64,000 bases of DNA from an uncultured delta proteobacterium (GCA_963828255.1 CAWHDZ010000011.1:64001-128000); one strand, 5' to 3'. Positions 41,078-55,216 are shown, counted from the stretch's first letter. The notes: a model not told the origin generated them from the sequence alone. Numbers and translations: made by a program.

Positions 41078-42262
41078 CTACCGGGGGCTCGCGGTGCGGG
41101 GGTCGGCGGCGATGGCGGCGCGCAGCTCCGCGAGCTGCTCCCGCTGCTGCCAGAGCGGCTCGGCGTAGACGCCCTCGAAGAGGGTCTCGACGGGAGGCTT
41201 CGGGTCGAAGGCCTCGGCCTCCTCCACGGCGCGCCGGACCTGATCCTTGGCCTCGGCGCGGAACCTCTCCGTGTCCTTCGCCCCGGCGAGCCCCTTCCAC
41301 CCCAGGTATCGCCCCATCTTGAGAATGGGATCCCGGACCCGCCAGGCATCGACCTCCTCGGCGCTCCGGTAGGCGCGCGGGTCGTCGGAGGTGGAGTGCC
41401 CCTCGATCCGGTAGGTGACGCACTCGAGCAGCGTGGGGCCGAGCCCTGCGGCCCCCCGTTCCCTGGCCCGGAGGGTGGCTGCGTGGACGGCGAGCAGATC
41501 GTTGCCGTCCACCCTCTCGCCGTGGATCCCGTAGGCGACGGCCTTCTGGGCGATGGTCTCGGAGGCGGTCTGCAGCTCGCGCGGGACGCTGATGGCCCAG
41601 CCGTTGTTGCGGCAGGCCATGATCACCGGGATCTTGTGGACGCCGGCGAAGTTGGCGCCGGTGTGGAAGTCGTTGGCGCTGGTGGCCCCCTCGCCGAACC
41701 AGGTGAGCGCCACCATGTCGTCGCCGCGGATGCGGGCGGCCCAGGCGGCGCCGACCGCCTGCGGGACCTGCGTGGCGATGGGGGCGCTGATGGAGACGAA
41801 GCGGCCAGCGGCCCAGGCCTCGTGGCAGGGCATCTGGTGGCCGAGCATCCGGTCCCCGGCGTTGCCGAGGAGGTCGCAGACGAAGGTCGAGAGCGGCATC
41901 CCGCGGTACAGCGCACCGGCGTGCTCCCGGTAGGACGGGAAGAGCCAGTCCTGCTGCCGCATGCCGGCCACCGTGCCGAGGACCGTCGCCTCCTCGCCGA
42001 TGGCGCCGATGTAGAAGGCGATCCGCCCCTGCCGCTGCAGCTGGACCATGCGCTCGTCCACCTCGCGGGAGAGGATCATCCAGCGGTAGAGCCCCACGGC
42101 CTCCTCGTCGGAGAGCGTCACGGCGGCGGGGTCGGCCGAGCCGTCGTCGGCGATCACGGTCCGGAGCGGGAACTCGCGCGCCCAGCGCCCCTCGCCCGCG
42201 CCGGCGGCCGGAAGCCTCCTCCTGCGCATCCGCGCCTCCTCGATGTCGCGCACCCGTCGCAT
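41078..42262 (-). CDS. 2-oxoacid dehydrogenase E1 alpha subunit (branched-chain/pyruvate type)
   Basis: LQRQGRI, TPP-binding GEGATS...NNGWAIS and GHSTSDDP motifs. Confidence 0.93.
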   Translation of the reverse strand: MRRVRDIEEARMRRRRLPAAGAGEGRWAREFPLRTVIADDGSADPAAVTLSDEEAVGLYRWMILSREVDERMVQLQRQGRIAFYIGAIGEEATVLGTVAGMRQQDWLFPSYREHAGALYRGMPLSTFVCDLLGNAGDRMLGHQMPCHEAWAAGRFVSISAPIATQVPQAVGAAWAARIRGDDMVALTWFGEGATSANDFHTGANFAGVHKIPVIMACRNNGWAISVPRELQTASETIAQKAVAYGIHGERVDGNDLLAVHAATLRARERGAAGLGPTLLECVTYRIEGHSTSDDPRAYRSAEEVDAWRVRDPILKMGRYLGWKGLAGAKDTERFRAEAKDQVRRAVEEAEAFDPKPPVETLFEGVYAEPLWQQREQLAELRAAIAADPRTASPR

Positions 42263-42275
42263 CAGGACTCCTCTC

Positions 42276-43264
42276 TCACGGCCTGGCCGGGGCGGCGTGC
42301 GACGCGAGCACGCCCTTCATGAAGAGCTCTCCCGCCCGGTAGCTCGACCGGACCAGCGGACCGCTCGCGACGTAGCGGAAGCCGAGGCGCCGCCCCTCCG
42401 ACTCGTAGGCGGCGAAGGCCTCGGGGGTCACGAACTCGACCACCGGCAGGTGCCAGGCCGAGGGGCGGAGGTACTGGCCGAGCGTCAGGACCTCGACGCC
42501 GACCGCGCGCAGGTCGCGCATCGACTGCTCGACCTCGGCGGCCCGCTCCCCCAGCCCGACCATGATGGAGGACTTGGTCACCACCCCGGGGAACTCCCGC
42601 TTCATCTGCTCGAGCACCCCCAGGGTCTGGTCGTAGCCGGCCCGGCCGTCCCGCACCGCCGGCGTGAGGCGACGGACGGTCTCCAGGTTGTTCGCGAAGA
42701 CGTCGGGGGAGGCCCTTCCGACCGTCCGGACCGCGTCGACGCTCCCCTGGAAGTCTGGGGTCAGCACCTCGACGAGGAGCCCCGGGACCTCCTTCAGGCG
42801 CCGAATGGCCTCGGCGAAGTGGGCCGCGCCTCCGTCGGGCAGGTCGTCGCGGTCCACGCTCGTCACCACCACGTAGTCGAGCGAGAGCTTGCGGATCGCC
42901 TCGGCGATGTGGCGCGGCTCGTCGGGGTCGAGCGCAGGGGGGCGGGCCGCTGTCTTCACCTGGCAGAAGCGGCAGCCCCGGGTGCAGGTGTCGCCCATGA
43001 GCATCACCGTGGCCGTGCCGCCCCCCCAGCACTCGGCGACGTTCGGGCAGTGGGCCTCGGCGCAGACGGTGTGGAGCTTCAGGCCGGACAGGGTGTCCCG
43101 GACCCGGCCGTACCGCTCCCCCCGGGGACCCCCACCCGGAGCCAGCCGGGCTTGCGGGCGTTCACCGGCAGCCCGGCCGCCCGGATCGAGGCGAGCGCCT
43201 CCCGCCCCCCGTCGTCGGCGGGGTCGGGGGCGATCACCGGCAGTCTGGATCCGGGGGTGGTCAT
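42276..43264 (-). CDS. lipA: Lipoyl synthase with a one-base frameshift in a G run near 43120
   Basis: The N-terminal RKPGWLRV is in one frame; [22 protein letters not shown] and VRSSY are in another. Confidence 0.9.
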
Positions 43265-43375
43265 CCGGGCGGTTCCTATACGCCGGCCCCGGCCGGTTCA
43301 AGGGTGCTTGCACCCCCTCCCGCGGCGGGACTTCCCGTGGCCCACCGAGCCCCCGTGGGGTATGTAGGTAGCCCA

Positions 43376-44463
43376 ATGACAGGCGACCCGTCGAGCCTGG
43401 AGCCGGACGACGGCACGGCGACACGCGTGCTGATCGTGGACGATGACGCGGTCGTCCGCGACGCCATCGGCATGGTGCTCACCGACGAGGGCTACGAGTG
43501 CCAGACCACCTCCGGGGCCGAGTCCGCGCTCGACCTGGTCCGCGCGGCCGACCCGCATCTCGTCATCAGCGACATGAAGATGCCCGGCAAGGACGGGCTC
43601 TGGCTCCTCGACCGGCTTCGCCGCGAGCGGCCCGACACCGCCGTGGTGATGCTGACCGCCTACGGCGACACCGAGGCCGCGGTGGAGTGCCTGCGCCGGG
43701 GGGCCACCGACTATCTCCTCAAGCCGCCCAGGTCCGCGGATCTCCTGCGGGCCATCGATCGCGCTCTCTCCCGCCGCCGGGACGAGCGCGCCCGGGAGCG
43801 CTACCGGACCAGCCTGCAGCGGACGGTCCGCGAGAAGGCCACCGACCTGCGGCGCGCGCTCGTCGAGGTGGAGGCCGCCTACAACAGCACCCTCTACGCG
43901 CTGGTGGCGGCGCTCGATGCCCGGGAGCACGAGACCGGCGACCACTCCCAGCGCGTGGGGCGCTACACGCTGGCACTCGCCGACCGCCTGGGCGTCCCCA
44001 TGGGTGAGCGGCACGACATCTTCCGCGGGGCGCTCCTGCACGACATCGGCAAGATCGGCGTGCCCGACGCCATCCTGCTCAAGCCCGGGCCGCTCGACCC
44101 CTCCGAGTGGGAGGAGATGCGCAAGCACCCCCAGACCGGCTTCAACATCCTCAAGTCGATCGGTTTCCTCCGGATCCCGGCCGACATCGTGCTCTCCCAC
44201 CAGGAGCGCTTCGACGGCTCCGGCTATCCCCGCGGGCTGGGCGGAGACAACATCCCGGTGGGGGCGCGGATCTTCGCCATCGCCGATGCGCTCGACGCGA
44301 TGTCGAGCGACCGCCCCTACCGGAAGAGCCTGGGCTTCGCCCGGGCCATCGAGGAGATCGCCCGGCAGTCGGGGACCCAGTTCGATCCCATGGTGGTCGA
44401 GGCGCTCCTCGCCATCGGCCAGGCCGGCATCGAGACCATCGCAAGGCTGGAGACCCGTCCCCT

Positions 44464-44467
<4 letters not shown>
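43376..44467 (+). CDS. Response regulator with HD-GYP phosphodiesterase domain
   Basis: Receiver domain (VDDD, SDMKMP), HDIGK and [11 protein letters not shown] motifs. Confidence 0.93.
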
Positions 44468-46875
<2,408 letters not shown>

Positions 46876-46901
46876 ACCCCGGCCAGACCGGGAATCGGCG
46901 C

Positions 46902-48224
<1,323 letters not shown>

Positions 48225-48280
48225 CTATTTGCCCGCTCGATCGCGTGGACGTCAACCGATCTTCGCACCCCGCCCCGGGC

Positions 48281-48451
48281 CTACCCGTAATCGATGATGA
48301 TGACCCCGCCGGATGGTGGCGGCTCGGGCGGCTTCTCGTCGTCGGAGGGCCGGTCCGGCGCCTGGACGGGGATCTGGATCCCGGGACGGTCGTCGCGGCC
48401 GCGCTCCCGCTCACGCCGGCGGATCTCCTCGATCACGAACGCGTCCAGCAT
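48281..48451 (-). CDS. Small 56-aa protein MLDAFVIEEIRRRE...GVIIIDYG (below the ORF-track cutoff)
   Basis: GGAGG RBS, GC3-biased codons, co-oriented with neighbours and filling the gap. Confidence 0.7.
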   Translation of the reverse strand: MLDAFVIEEIRRRERERGRDDRPGIQIPVQAPDRPSDDEKPPEPPPSGGVIIIDYG

Positions 48452-48513
48452 CCCCTGCCCACCTCCTCCGATCTCGGTAGCACGCGCAGATCGGAGGGGT
48501 CAAGAACGCGAGG

Positions 48514-48963
48514 TCAACGACCTTTTTCGGCCTGCGCCTTGAACGCGTCCAGCGTGCGCGGGAGCTGGACCTTGGTCAGCTCGTCGCTCACCCGGTCCAT
48601 GATGGCCTGGGGCACGAGCGGCGGCTTCTGGACCTGCACCTCCACGGTGTAGCGCGCCAGGGTCTTCCCGGCGTGGTGGGAGAGCTCCCAGGCGCCGTTG
48701 GAGACCTTCATCATCTCGCCCTTGACGAGCGACCAGGTCATCTTCGTCGGCGCCTGCTCCACGTGACGCAGCACGTACCTGATGGTCTTCACCCCCAGAT
48801 CCACCTCGTACTCGACGTCCTTCACGCCCTTGTCGTCGTGGACCACCCGGCAGCCCTTCACCCCGGGGACGAAGCCCGGATAGGCGCCGTAGTCGGCCAC
48901 CACCTCCCAGAAGCGCTCCACCGGCACGTCCACCACCATCTCCTTGGATACCTTCGACGCCAT
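48514..48963 (-). CDS. SRPBCC/START-like (polyketide cyclase/RatA-like) protein
   Basis: VVADYGAYPGFVPGV motif; helix-grip size. Confidence 0.85.
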   Translation of the reverse strand: MASKVSKEMVVDVPVERFWEVVADYGAYPGFVPGVKGCRVVHDDKGVKDVEYEVDLGVKTIRYVLRHVEQAPTKMTWSLVKGEMMKVSNGAWELSHHAGKTLARYTVEVQVQKPPLVPQAIMDRVSDELTKVQLPRTLDAFKAQAEKGR

Positions 48964-48985
48964 GGGGCCTCCGTCCTCTCCGGTG

Positions 48986-49951
48986 CTACCAGCTGTGGGC
49001 GTGATCGCGCGGGAAGTGGTGCTCGGTCTCGATGTAGCGCACCGTCCCGGTCCGGCTGCGCATCACCACGGAGTGGGTCCGGGCCCCGTCCCCGGTGAAG
49101 CGGACGCCCTTCAGGAAGTCGCCGTTGGTGACCCCGGTCCCGGCGAACATGACGTCGCCGCGGGCCAGCTCGTCGATGCGGAAGACCTTCTCCATGTCCT
49201 CGATGCCCATGGCCCGGGCCCGCTCCCGCTCGGCGTCGTTGCGGTAGCGCAGCCGGCCCTGGAGGTCGCCCCCCATGCAGCGCAGCGCGGCGGCGCTGAT
49301 GATCCCCTCCGGGGCTCCGCCGATGCCGATCAGGATGTCGATCCCGGTGTCGGGGAGGCAGGTGTTGATGGCCGCGGAGACGTCCCCGTCCCCGATGAGC
49401 CGGATGCGGGCGCCCGCCTCGCGCACCTCCCGGATGATCTGGTCGTGCCGGGGCCGGTCGAGGATGACCACGGTCAGGTCCTCCACGTACTTTCCGAGGG
49501 CGTCGGCGACGGCGTGGAGGTTGGCGGCGACCGGCAGGGTCAGGTCCACCGCGCCACGCGCGTCCGGGCCGACCGCGATCTTCTCCATGTAGGTGTCGGG
49601 CGCGCGCAGCAGGGCCCCCTTGGGCCCCATGGCGATGACGCTGATGGCGTTGGCGGCGCCGGTGGCGCAGAGGCGGGTGCCCTCGAGCGCGTCGAGGGCC
49701 AGCTCGACGGCCACGGACCCGGCGCTGGCCTTGCCGACGCGCTCCCCGACGTAGAGCATCGGGGCCTCACCCTTCTCCCCCGCCCCGATCACCACCTCGC
49801 CCTCGACGTCGAGGTCGCCGAGCGCGCGCCGCATGGCCTCGGTGGCGGCCCGGTCGGCCGTGCCCCGATCCCCGCGCCCCATGAGGCGGGCCGAGGCCAG
49901 GGCCGAGGCCTCGGTGATGCGAACGCCTTCCAGAGCCAGATTGCGGTCCAT
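48986..49951 (-). CDS. glpX: Class II fructose-1,6-bisphosphatase
   Basis: EAPMLYVGE, APDTYMEK, LDRPRH, DGDV and GGAPEG motifs. Confidence 0.95.
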   Translation of the reverse strand: MDRNLALEGVRITEASALASARLMGRGDRGTADRAATEAMRRALGDLDVEGEVVIGAGEKGEAPMLYVGERVGKASAGSVAVELALDALEGTRLCATGAANAISVIAMGPKGALLRAPDTYMEKIAVGPDARGAVDLTLPVAANLHAVADALGKYVEDLTVVILDRPRHDQIIREVREAGARIRLIGDGDVSAAINTCLPDTGIDILIGIGGAPEGIISAAALRCMGGDLQGRLRYRNDAERERARAMGIEDMEKVFRIDELARGDVMFAGTGVTNGDFLKGVRFTGDGARTHSVVMRSRTGTVRYIETEHHFPRDHAHSW

Positions 49952-49967
49952 GGTTCCTCCCTCCAGC

Positions 49968-50372
49968 CTATGCGATCCCCTCGCCTGCCTTCATCCGCGC
50001 GGCGAAGTCGTCCGGCAACCGCCGGATGCGTCCGCTTCCGTCCACGCAGGCGTGGACGGTGAAGCCCGTGGCGAGGAGGTCGTCGCCCCTCTTCACGGCG
50101 TACTCGAACCGCGCCGAGGCCCGCCTTGCCAGCACCAGGCTCGTCTCCACCGACACCAGGTCGTCGTAGCGGGCCGGCTGGAGGTAGTTCACGCCGGCCT
50201 CGGCGACCGGGAGGATGAGCTTCTCCCGGGACTCGAACTCGGAGTAGGAGAGCCCCTTGGCCCGGAGGAACTCGGTGCGCCCCGCCTCGAACCAGCGGAG
50301 GTAGTTGGCGTAGTACACGACCCCCATCTGGTCGGTGTCGCCGTAGATCACCCGGAGCTCGCAGCGGACCAT
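49968..50372 (-). CDS. Acyl-CoA thioesterase (YbgC/FadM family)
   Basis: DTDQMGVVYYANYLRWFE motif. Confidence 0.92.
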   Translation of the reverse strand: MVRCELRVIYGDTDQMGVVYYANYLRWFEAGRTEFLRAKGLSYSEFESREKLILPVAEAGVNYLQPARYDDLVSVETSLVLARRASARFEYAVKRGDDLLATGFTVHACVDGSGRIRRLPDDFAARMKAGEGIA

Positions 50373-50376
50373 CGGT

Positions 50377-51687
50377 TCAGACCTGCTCGATGCGGATGAG
50401 CCTCGTGGGCGCGGCGGTGGTGTCGTAGGCGTCGATCTCCCCGATGGCCAGGCGGAGGTCGGCCTCGCGCGCCTGGTGGGTCACGATGACCAGGGGAACC
50501 GGAGCCCCCTCCTCCATGTGCTCGCGCTGCTGCACCGCGGCGATGGAGATCCCGTGCTTCGCGAGCGTGGCGGCGATGCGCGCCAGGACGCCGGGCGCAT
50601 CCTTCACCGAGAAGCGCAGGTAGTAGCCGGTCCGGATCTCGGCGTGGGAACGGAGCCGCACCAGCGAGGCGGCCGGCGGGAGCGGAACCCGGCCCGGGCT
50701 TCCCGAGAGCAGGTTGCGGGAGAGGTCGATGATGTCGGCCACCACCGCGCTCCCGGTGGGCATGGCCCCTGCCCCCTGGCCGAAGAGCAGCGTCGGCCCG
50801 AGCGCCTCCGACCGGAGCAGCACGGCGTTCATGGCCCCGCGGACCCCGGCCAGCATGGAGTCGCCCGGGATGAACGCGGGGTGAACCCTGGCCTCGATGA
50901 GCCCGTCGCCGCCGTTGGGCCCGGAGCGCCGGGCGACGGCCAGGAGCTTGAGCGCATAGCCGAACTCCTTCGCCCAGGCGAAGTCCTCGGGGATGAGCCC
51001 CATGATCCCCTCGGTGAGGACGTCCTGGGGGGCCAGCCTTGCTCCGAAGGCGAGCTGGGCGAGCAGGCAGAGCTTCTGGGCCGCGTCGCCGCCCGAGACG
51101 TCGAGCGTGGGATCGGCCTCGGCGTAGCCGAGCCGCTGCGCCTCGGCGAGCGCCTTCTCGAGCGGTTCCCCCTTCTCCGCCATCGAGGTGAGGATGAAGT
51201 TGGTGGTCCCGTTGACGATGCCGTGGATGGCCTGGATGCGGTCGGACGCCAGCGCCTCGCGCAGCGTGCGGATGACCGGCACTCCGCCCGCGACGGCCCC
51301 CTCGTAGTAGACGTCGACCCCCTTCTCCTGCGCGAGCCGGAAGATCTCGTCGCCGTGGAAGGCCAGCAGCGCCTTGTTGGCGGTGACCACGTGCTTGCCG
51401 GCGCCGAGGGCGGCGAGGACCAGGCTGCGCGCCTCGGTCGTCCCGCCCACCAGCTCGACCACCACCTGGACGGTCGGGTCCTCGATCAGGTCCTGGTAGC
51501 GGGTGGTGAGCAGGGAGCGGTCCAGGTCGATGGCCCGCTCCTTCTCCGGGTCCCGCACGGCCACCCGCCGGACGACGATGCGCGCTCCCAGCCGCGCCTC
51601 GATCTCCCGGGCGTGGCTGCGGAGGATGGAGAGGACCCCGCCCCCCACGATGCCGAATCCTGCGATTCCGATGCCGACCTCTTTCAT
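50377..51687 (-). CDS. hom: Homoserine dehydrogenase
   Basis: GFGIVG, VVTANKA, GIVNGTTNFIL and GYAEADP motifs; ACT domain. Confidence 0.95.
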   Translation of the reverse strand: MKEVGIGIAGFGIVGGGVLSILRSHAREIEARLGARIVVRRVAVRDPEKERAIDLDRSLLTTRYQDLIEDPTVQVVVELVGGTTEARSLVLAALGAGKHVVTANKALLAFHGDEIFRLAQEKGVDVYYEGAVAGGVPVIRTLREALASDRIQAIHGIVNGTTNFILTSMAEKGEPLEKALAEAQRLGYAEADPTLDVSGGDAAQKLCLLAQLAFGARLAPQDVLTEGIMGLIPEDFAWAKEFGYALKLLAVARRSGPNGGDGLIEARVHPAFIPGDSMLAGVRGAMNAVLLRSEALGPTLLFGQGAGAMPTGSAVVADIIDLSRNLLSGSPGRVPLPPAASLVRLRSHAEIRTGYYLRFSVKDAPGVLARIAATLAKHGISIAAVQQREHMEEGAPVPLVIVTHQAREADLRLAIGEIDAYDTTAAPTRLIRIEQV

Positions 51688-52286
51688 CTCGTTGTCCTCA
51701 CGATGCGATGGGATGCCAGCTCCGCCTTCACCTGGGGGACCCTCTTGCCACCCACCAGCGCGAAGGTCTCGATGCGGACCGGCCCGACGCCCGGCGCGTA
51801 GGTGGTCTCCAGGATCACCTCTGCGTCGTCGCCGGCGCGGTTGCGGGCGCGCACCAGGATGCAGTCCTCGAAGTTGCCGGCCGGCACCGCGGCGGTGAGG
51901 CCGGTGGCGGCGATCTGGTAGCGCTCGGTGGAGGTCTCGCTCACGATGGAGATCCAGGAGCGCTCGGCCTCGAAGGGGGCGCAGAGGATCCGGCGGACCC
52001 GGTCCTGGATGCAGCCGTGGGCGACCTTGAGCGCCCCCCGCGAGTCGTCCACGAAGTATCCCTCGGCGTCGCGGGACACGATGCGGACGGTTCGGCGCTT
52101 CGGCGCGCCCTCGCCGGCGACCGGGGAGCGGTCGACCCAGGTCCACTCGTTGCCCACCGCGAGCGGGAAGTAGGCGGTCGGGTCGGGGGCGGCCGGGGCC
52201 CGGGCCGGCGCCTGCGTGGGTGCGTGCGCGCAGGCCACGAGCGCGGCCAGGAGGAGCAGTGCGGGTCTCCGGATCACGACGCGCAT
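51684..52286 (-). CDS. Hypothetical lipoprotein
   Basis: Lipobox LVAC; YFPLAVGNEWTW, VPAGNF and YAPGVG motifs. Confidence 0.75.
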   Translation of the reverse strand: MRVVIRRPALLLLAALVACAHAPTQAPARAPAAPDPTAYFPLAVGNEWTWVDRSPVAGEGAPKRRTVRIVSRDAEGYFVDDSRGALKVAHGCIQDRVRRILCAPFEAERSWISIVSETSTERYQIAATGLTAAVPAGNFEDCILVRARNRAGDDAEVILETTYAPGVGPVRIETFALVGGKRVPQVKAELASHRIVRTTR

Positions 52287-52318
52287 CTTACCCTCAAAGC
52301 CGCCACCGCACGCGTGGT

Positions 52319-53209
52319 TCACCGCGCCCCGCCTCCCACCTTGCCGGCCGCGCGCCGCCGCCGGGCGTCACCGAGCGCGTCCCGTGCGGCCTGGGCGACG
52401 AACGGGTCGGGGTGAGCGGAGGCCATCGTCTCGAGGTAGGCCTCCGCCTCGTCGCCACCGATGTCCCCGACGGCCCTGACCATCTGGGCCACGAAGGGCC
52501 CCTCCCGCCGGCGGGAGAGCTCGACGATGGGACCGACCGCCCTGGGGTCTCCGATCTGGGCGAGCGCGCCGACGGCGCGGCTCGCGATGGTCGGGTCGGG
52601 GTCCTGGAGACGCGCCAGCAGCCCGGGAACCGCGGCCGGATTCTTCCGGTCGGCGAGGACGCCCACGGCGAGATCCCTCGTCCGGGGATCGGCCGATTCC
52701 AGGTCGCGGATGACCTCCGCGTCCGGCTTGCGGGACTCGGCGAGCGCCAGCGCGAGGCCGCTCGCCGCACGCACCGAGGTGGACAGGATGGCGCGGCGGA
52801 AGGCGCTCCCCGCCGGCTCCCCGGGGACGACGGACTCGGCGCCGCGCACCCTGTCGGCGAGCGTGTCGGCGCCGTCACCGGGCGTGACCTCCAGCCGGAG
52901 GAGCACCTCCGCCTGGGCGCCCGTCCCCTTCGCCACGAGGCGCGCGTCCTCGAGCGACACCGAGCCGCGGCAGCGAAGCGCCCCCTTCGGCGGCTCGGCC
53001 GCCGGCACCACGAACCCGGGGGTTCGCGCGAAGGCGTCCAGGGCGATGCGCCGGAGATCGTCCCTGCCGATCCCCACCGCCGCCATCTGGAACGGGCCCG
53101 GCCCCTCCTCGACGGTGACGCCGGTCACCACGCAGGGTGCGGGCTTGCCCCGGCAACCAGCCGAGGCGAGCACCAGGATGCCGGCGAGGAGCCCTGCAGC
53201 CGTTCGCAT
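52319..53209 (-). CDS. HEAT-repeat lipoprotein
   Basis: Lipobox SAGC; C-terminal PBS/HEAT repeats. Confidence 0.8.
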   Translation of the reverse strand: MRTAAGLLAGILVLASAGCRGKPAPCVVTGVTVEEGPGPFQMAAVGIGRDDLRRIALDAFARTPGFVVPAAEPPKGALRCRGSVSLEDARLVAKGTGAQAEVLLRLEVTPGDGADTLADRVRGAESVVPGEPAGSAFRRAILSTSVRAASGLALALAESRKPDAEVIRDLESADPRTRDLAVGVLADRKNPAAVPGLLARLQDPDPTIASRAVGALAQIGDPRAVGPIVELSRRREGPFVAQMVRAVGDIGGDEAEAYLETMASAHPDPFVAQAARDALGDARRRRAAGKVGGGAR

Positions 53210-53237
53210 GGCCCTCCCCCCGCCCCCCGGCCCCCCG

Positions 53238-55076
53238 TCAGGTCCCCTCGCCCGGATCCCTGGGCGGAGCGTCTCCGGAAGGAGGCGCCGGAGGCTGCGG
53301 TGCGCTCCCCTCGGCGCCCTGCGGCGCGGCCGCGCCATCGGGCCGGCGTTCCCCGCGTCCACGGCCGCCACGGCGCCTGCGACGGCGACGCCTGCGGCGC
53401 GCCTCTCCGGCGGCGCCCTCCTTGGGCGCCTCGCCCGGCGCACCCTCGGAGGCCTGGGCCTCCGGCGTGCCGTCGTCGTCGCCCTCGTCGTCGCCGTCCC
53501 CGCCGTCGTCGGCGTCATCGTCCTCGGGAAGGGGCTCCGTCCGGGCCGCCTCGGCCGCTGGCAGGAGCGCGAACGGGGCGGCCGGAGGGACGGTTTCCTC
53601 GCCGGCGGGACGCTCCTCGGGGGTGGGGGCCGGGTAGACCGCGATGGCGGCGATCTCGACGACCTCGTCGGACCCGGCGGCCACCGGCTCCGGGCGCGGA
53701 CGACGCTCCTCGCGCCGTTCGCGGTCCCTGCCCCGGTCACGGTCGCGGTCGCGATCCCTTTCACGGCCGCGCGCCTGACCAGGACCCTGCTCCGGGCCAC
53801 GCTCCGGGGCGGCGGAATCGTCACGTTCCTCGCGCCCCTCCCGGCGATCCCGCTCCTCCCGGCGCGCCCTGCGGGCCGCTTCCTCGCGCTGCGCCGCCTC
53901 CGCCGCCGTGGCGAGGAACTCCTCGTCCGCCTCGGGGATGGAGACGATGCGGCAACCGATGCCTGCATCGGCGAAGGCCTCGGCGAACGCCTCACCGGCG
54001 ACGAGCAGGACGGGCATCTGCCCGGCCGCGGAGGCCTCTCCGCGGGCATCCCGCTGGGCCTCCCCCGAGCTCACCAGCACGCCGATCTGGGCGCCGTAGT
54101 GGCCGAGGTCGCGCCGGACGTCGGCGACGTCCCGCCTGCCGATGTCTCCCCCCGTGCGCAGGACGCGGACGGCGTGGCGGACCTCCACGAGCCCCATGCG
54201 CTTGCGCCCGGTGAAGACCACGCTCTCCCGGCCGCGCTTCGCGACCTTGACCTCGCGCAGTCCGTCCTTCTCGAGCAGCCGCTCGACCAGGTGCTCGATG
54301 GTCGGGCCGTCGCACTCGCGCAGGCGGCGCCGGAGCGCGGCCAGGGCCGAGCGGCGCATCTCCGCAGGGCTCGCCATCGAGCGCGAGGCCACCACGGGCG
54401 CCGGCCGGTCTCCCGGCTCGGGCGCAGCGCCGAGGACGATGGTCTCCCCGTCGATGGAGAAGAGCGACTTGCGGCCAGCCGACTCCCTGCGCCGGTTGTC
54501 CTCGAGCAGCGCCGCGGCCAGCGAGGCCGTGTCCCGAACGAAGGCGTCGGGCATGAGCATCCGCTCCGCCCCCAGCGAGGCCAGTTCACGCAGGGTGAGC
54601 GGCCGGTCGGCCCCCGAAAGGATCTCGTAGGCCACCTCGGCGGGCGGCGGGTAGCGACGCTTCTTCTCGTCGACCTCCTCGCGCCTCCTCCCCCGTCCCG
54701 GTTCCCGTGACGCTTCGCGTCCTGCATCGCGCCCCGCGCCCCGGGAGAGCTCCCGGGTGGGGATGGGATGGCGTTCGCGTGGGCGGTAGGCCGGCTCGCC
54801 GACGGGCGGCGGCTCGACCAGGTTCTCGAGCCCCAATGGGTCCTCGGGCAGGCCCCATTCTTCCAGGGCGAAGGTCGCGTGCTGGATCACGACGATGGCC
54901 CGATCCGACCGCGGCAACTTGCAGTGCGCGGCCAGCTGGTCGGCCATCGTGTCCTCGGGAATCTTCCCGACGTGGTCGAGAAGGCTCTCGTGGATCGCGA
55001 TCTCGGCGATCTTCCGGAAGTGGAGTGGCTTGCCTTCCCGCTTCAGCACCTCGACGGCTGCTTCGGTGAAGGTCAT
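53238..55076 (-). CDS. Protein with two HARE-HTH-like domains, a degenerate Mrr-like domain and a charged disordered tail
   Basis: MTFTEAAVEVLKREGKPLHFRKI; AYEILSGADRPLTLRELA; Mrr-type IG..DV..V...L.....IGVLVS...A..EA....VLLVAG pattern. Confidence 0.75.
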   Translation of the reverse strand: MTFTEAAVEVLKREGKPLHFRKIAEIAIHESLLDHVGKIPEDTMADQLAAHCKLPRSDRAIVVIQHATFALEEWGLPEDPLGLENLVEPPPVGEPAYRPRERHPIPTRELSRGAGRDAGREASREPGRGRRREEVDEKKRRYPPPAEVAYEILSGADRPLTLRELASLGAERMLMPDAFVRDTASLAAALLEDNRRRESAGRKSLFSIDGETIVLGAAPEPGDRPAPVVASRSMASPAEMRRSALAALRRRLRECDGPTIEHLVERLLEKDGLREVKVAKRGRESVVFTGRKRMGLVEVRHAVRVLRTGGDIGRRDVADVRRDLGHYGAQIGVLVSSGEAQRDARGEASAAGQMPVLLVAGEAFAEAFADAGIGCRIVSIPEADEEFLATAAEAAQREEAARRARREERDRREGREERDDSAAPERGPEQGPGQARGRERDRDRDRDRGRDRERREERRPRPEPVAAGSDEVVEIAAIAVYPAPTPEERPAGEETVPPAAPFALLPAAEAARTEPLPEDDDADDGGDGDDEGDDDGTPEAQASEGAPGEAPKEGAAGEARRRRRRRRRRGGRGRGERRPDGAAAPQGAEGSAPQPPAPPSGDAPPRDPGEGT

Positions 55077-55133
55077 GAAAGTCTCAGGATTCCTTGAAGT
55101 TTTCGCGGCGGATGTCGCCGCGGGCAATCGCTC

Positions 55134-55162
55134 ATCTTGTGTCGAGGTCGGGCCCCTGTCAA
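55134..55162 (-). promoter_or_regulatory. Putative sigma70 promoter of the HTH/Mrr-like gene
   Basis: TTGACA-N17-CAAGAT. Confidence 0.55.
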
Positions 55163-55216
55163 CGTGGAATTCCTCCGAATCACCGGAGATTTACGTCACG
55201 TGGAGGGTTGCGGCGG

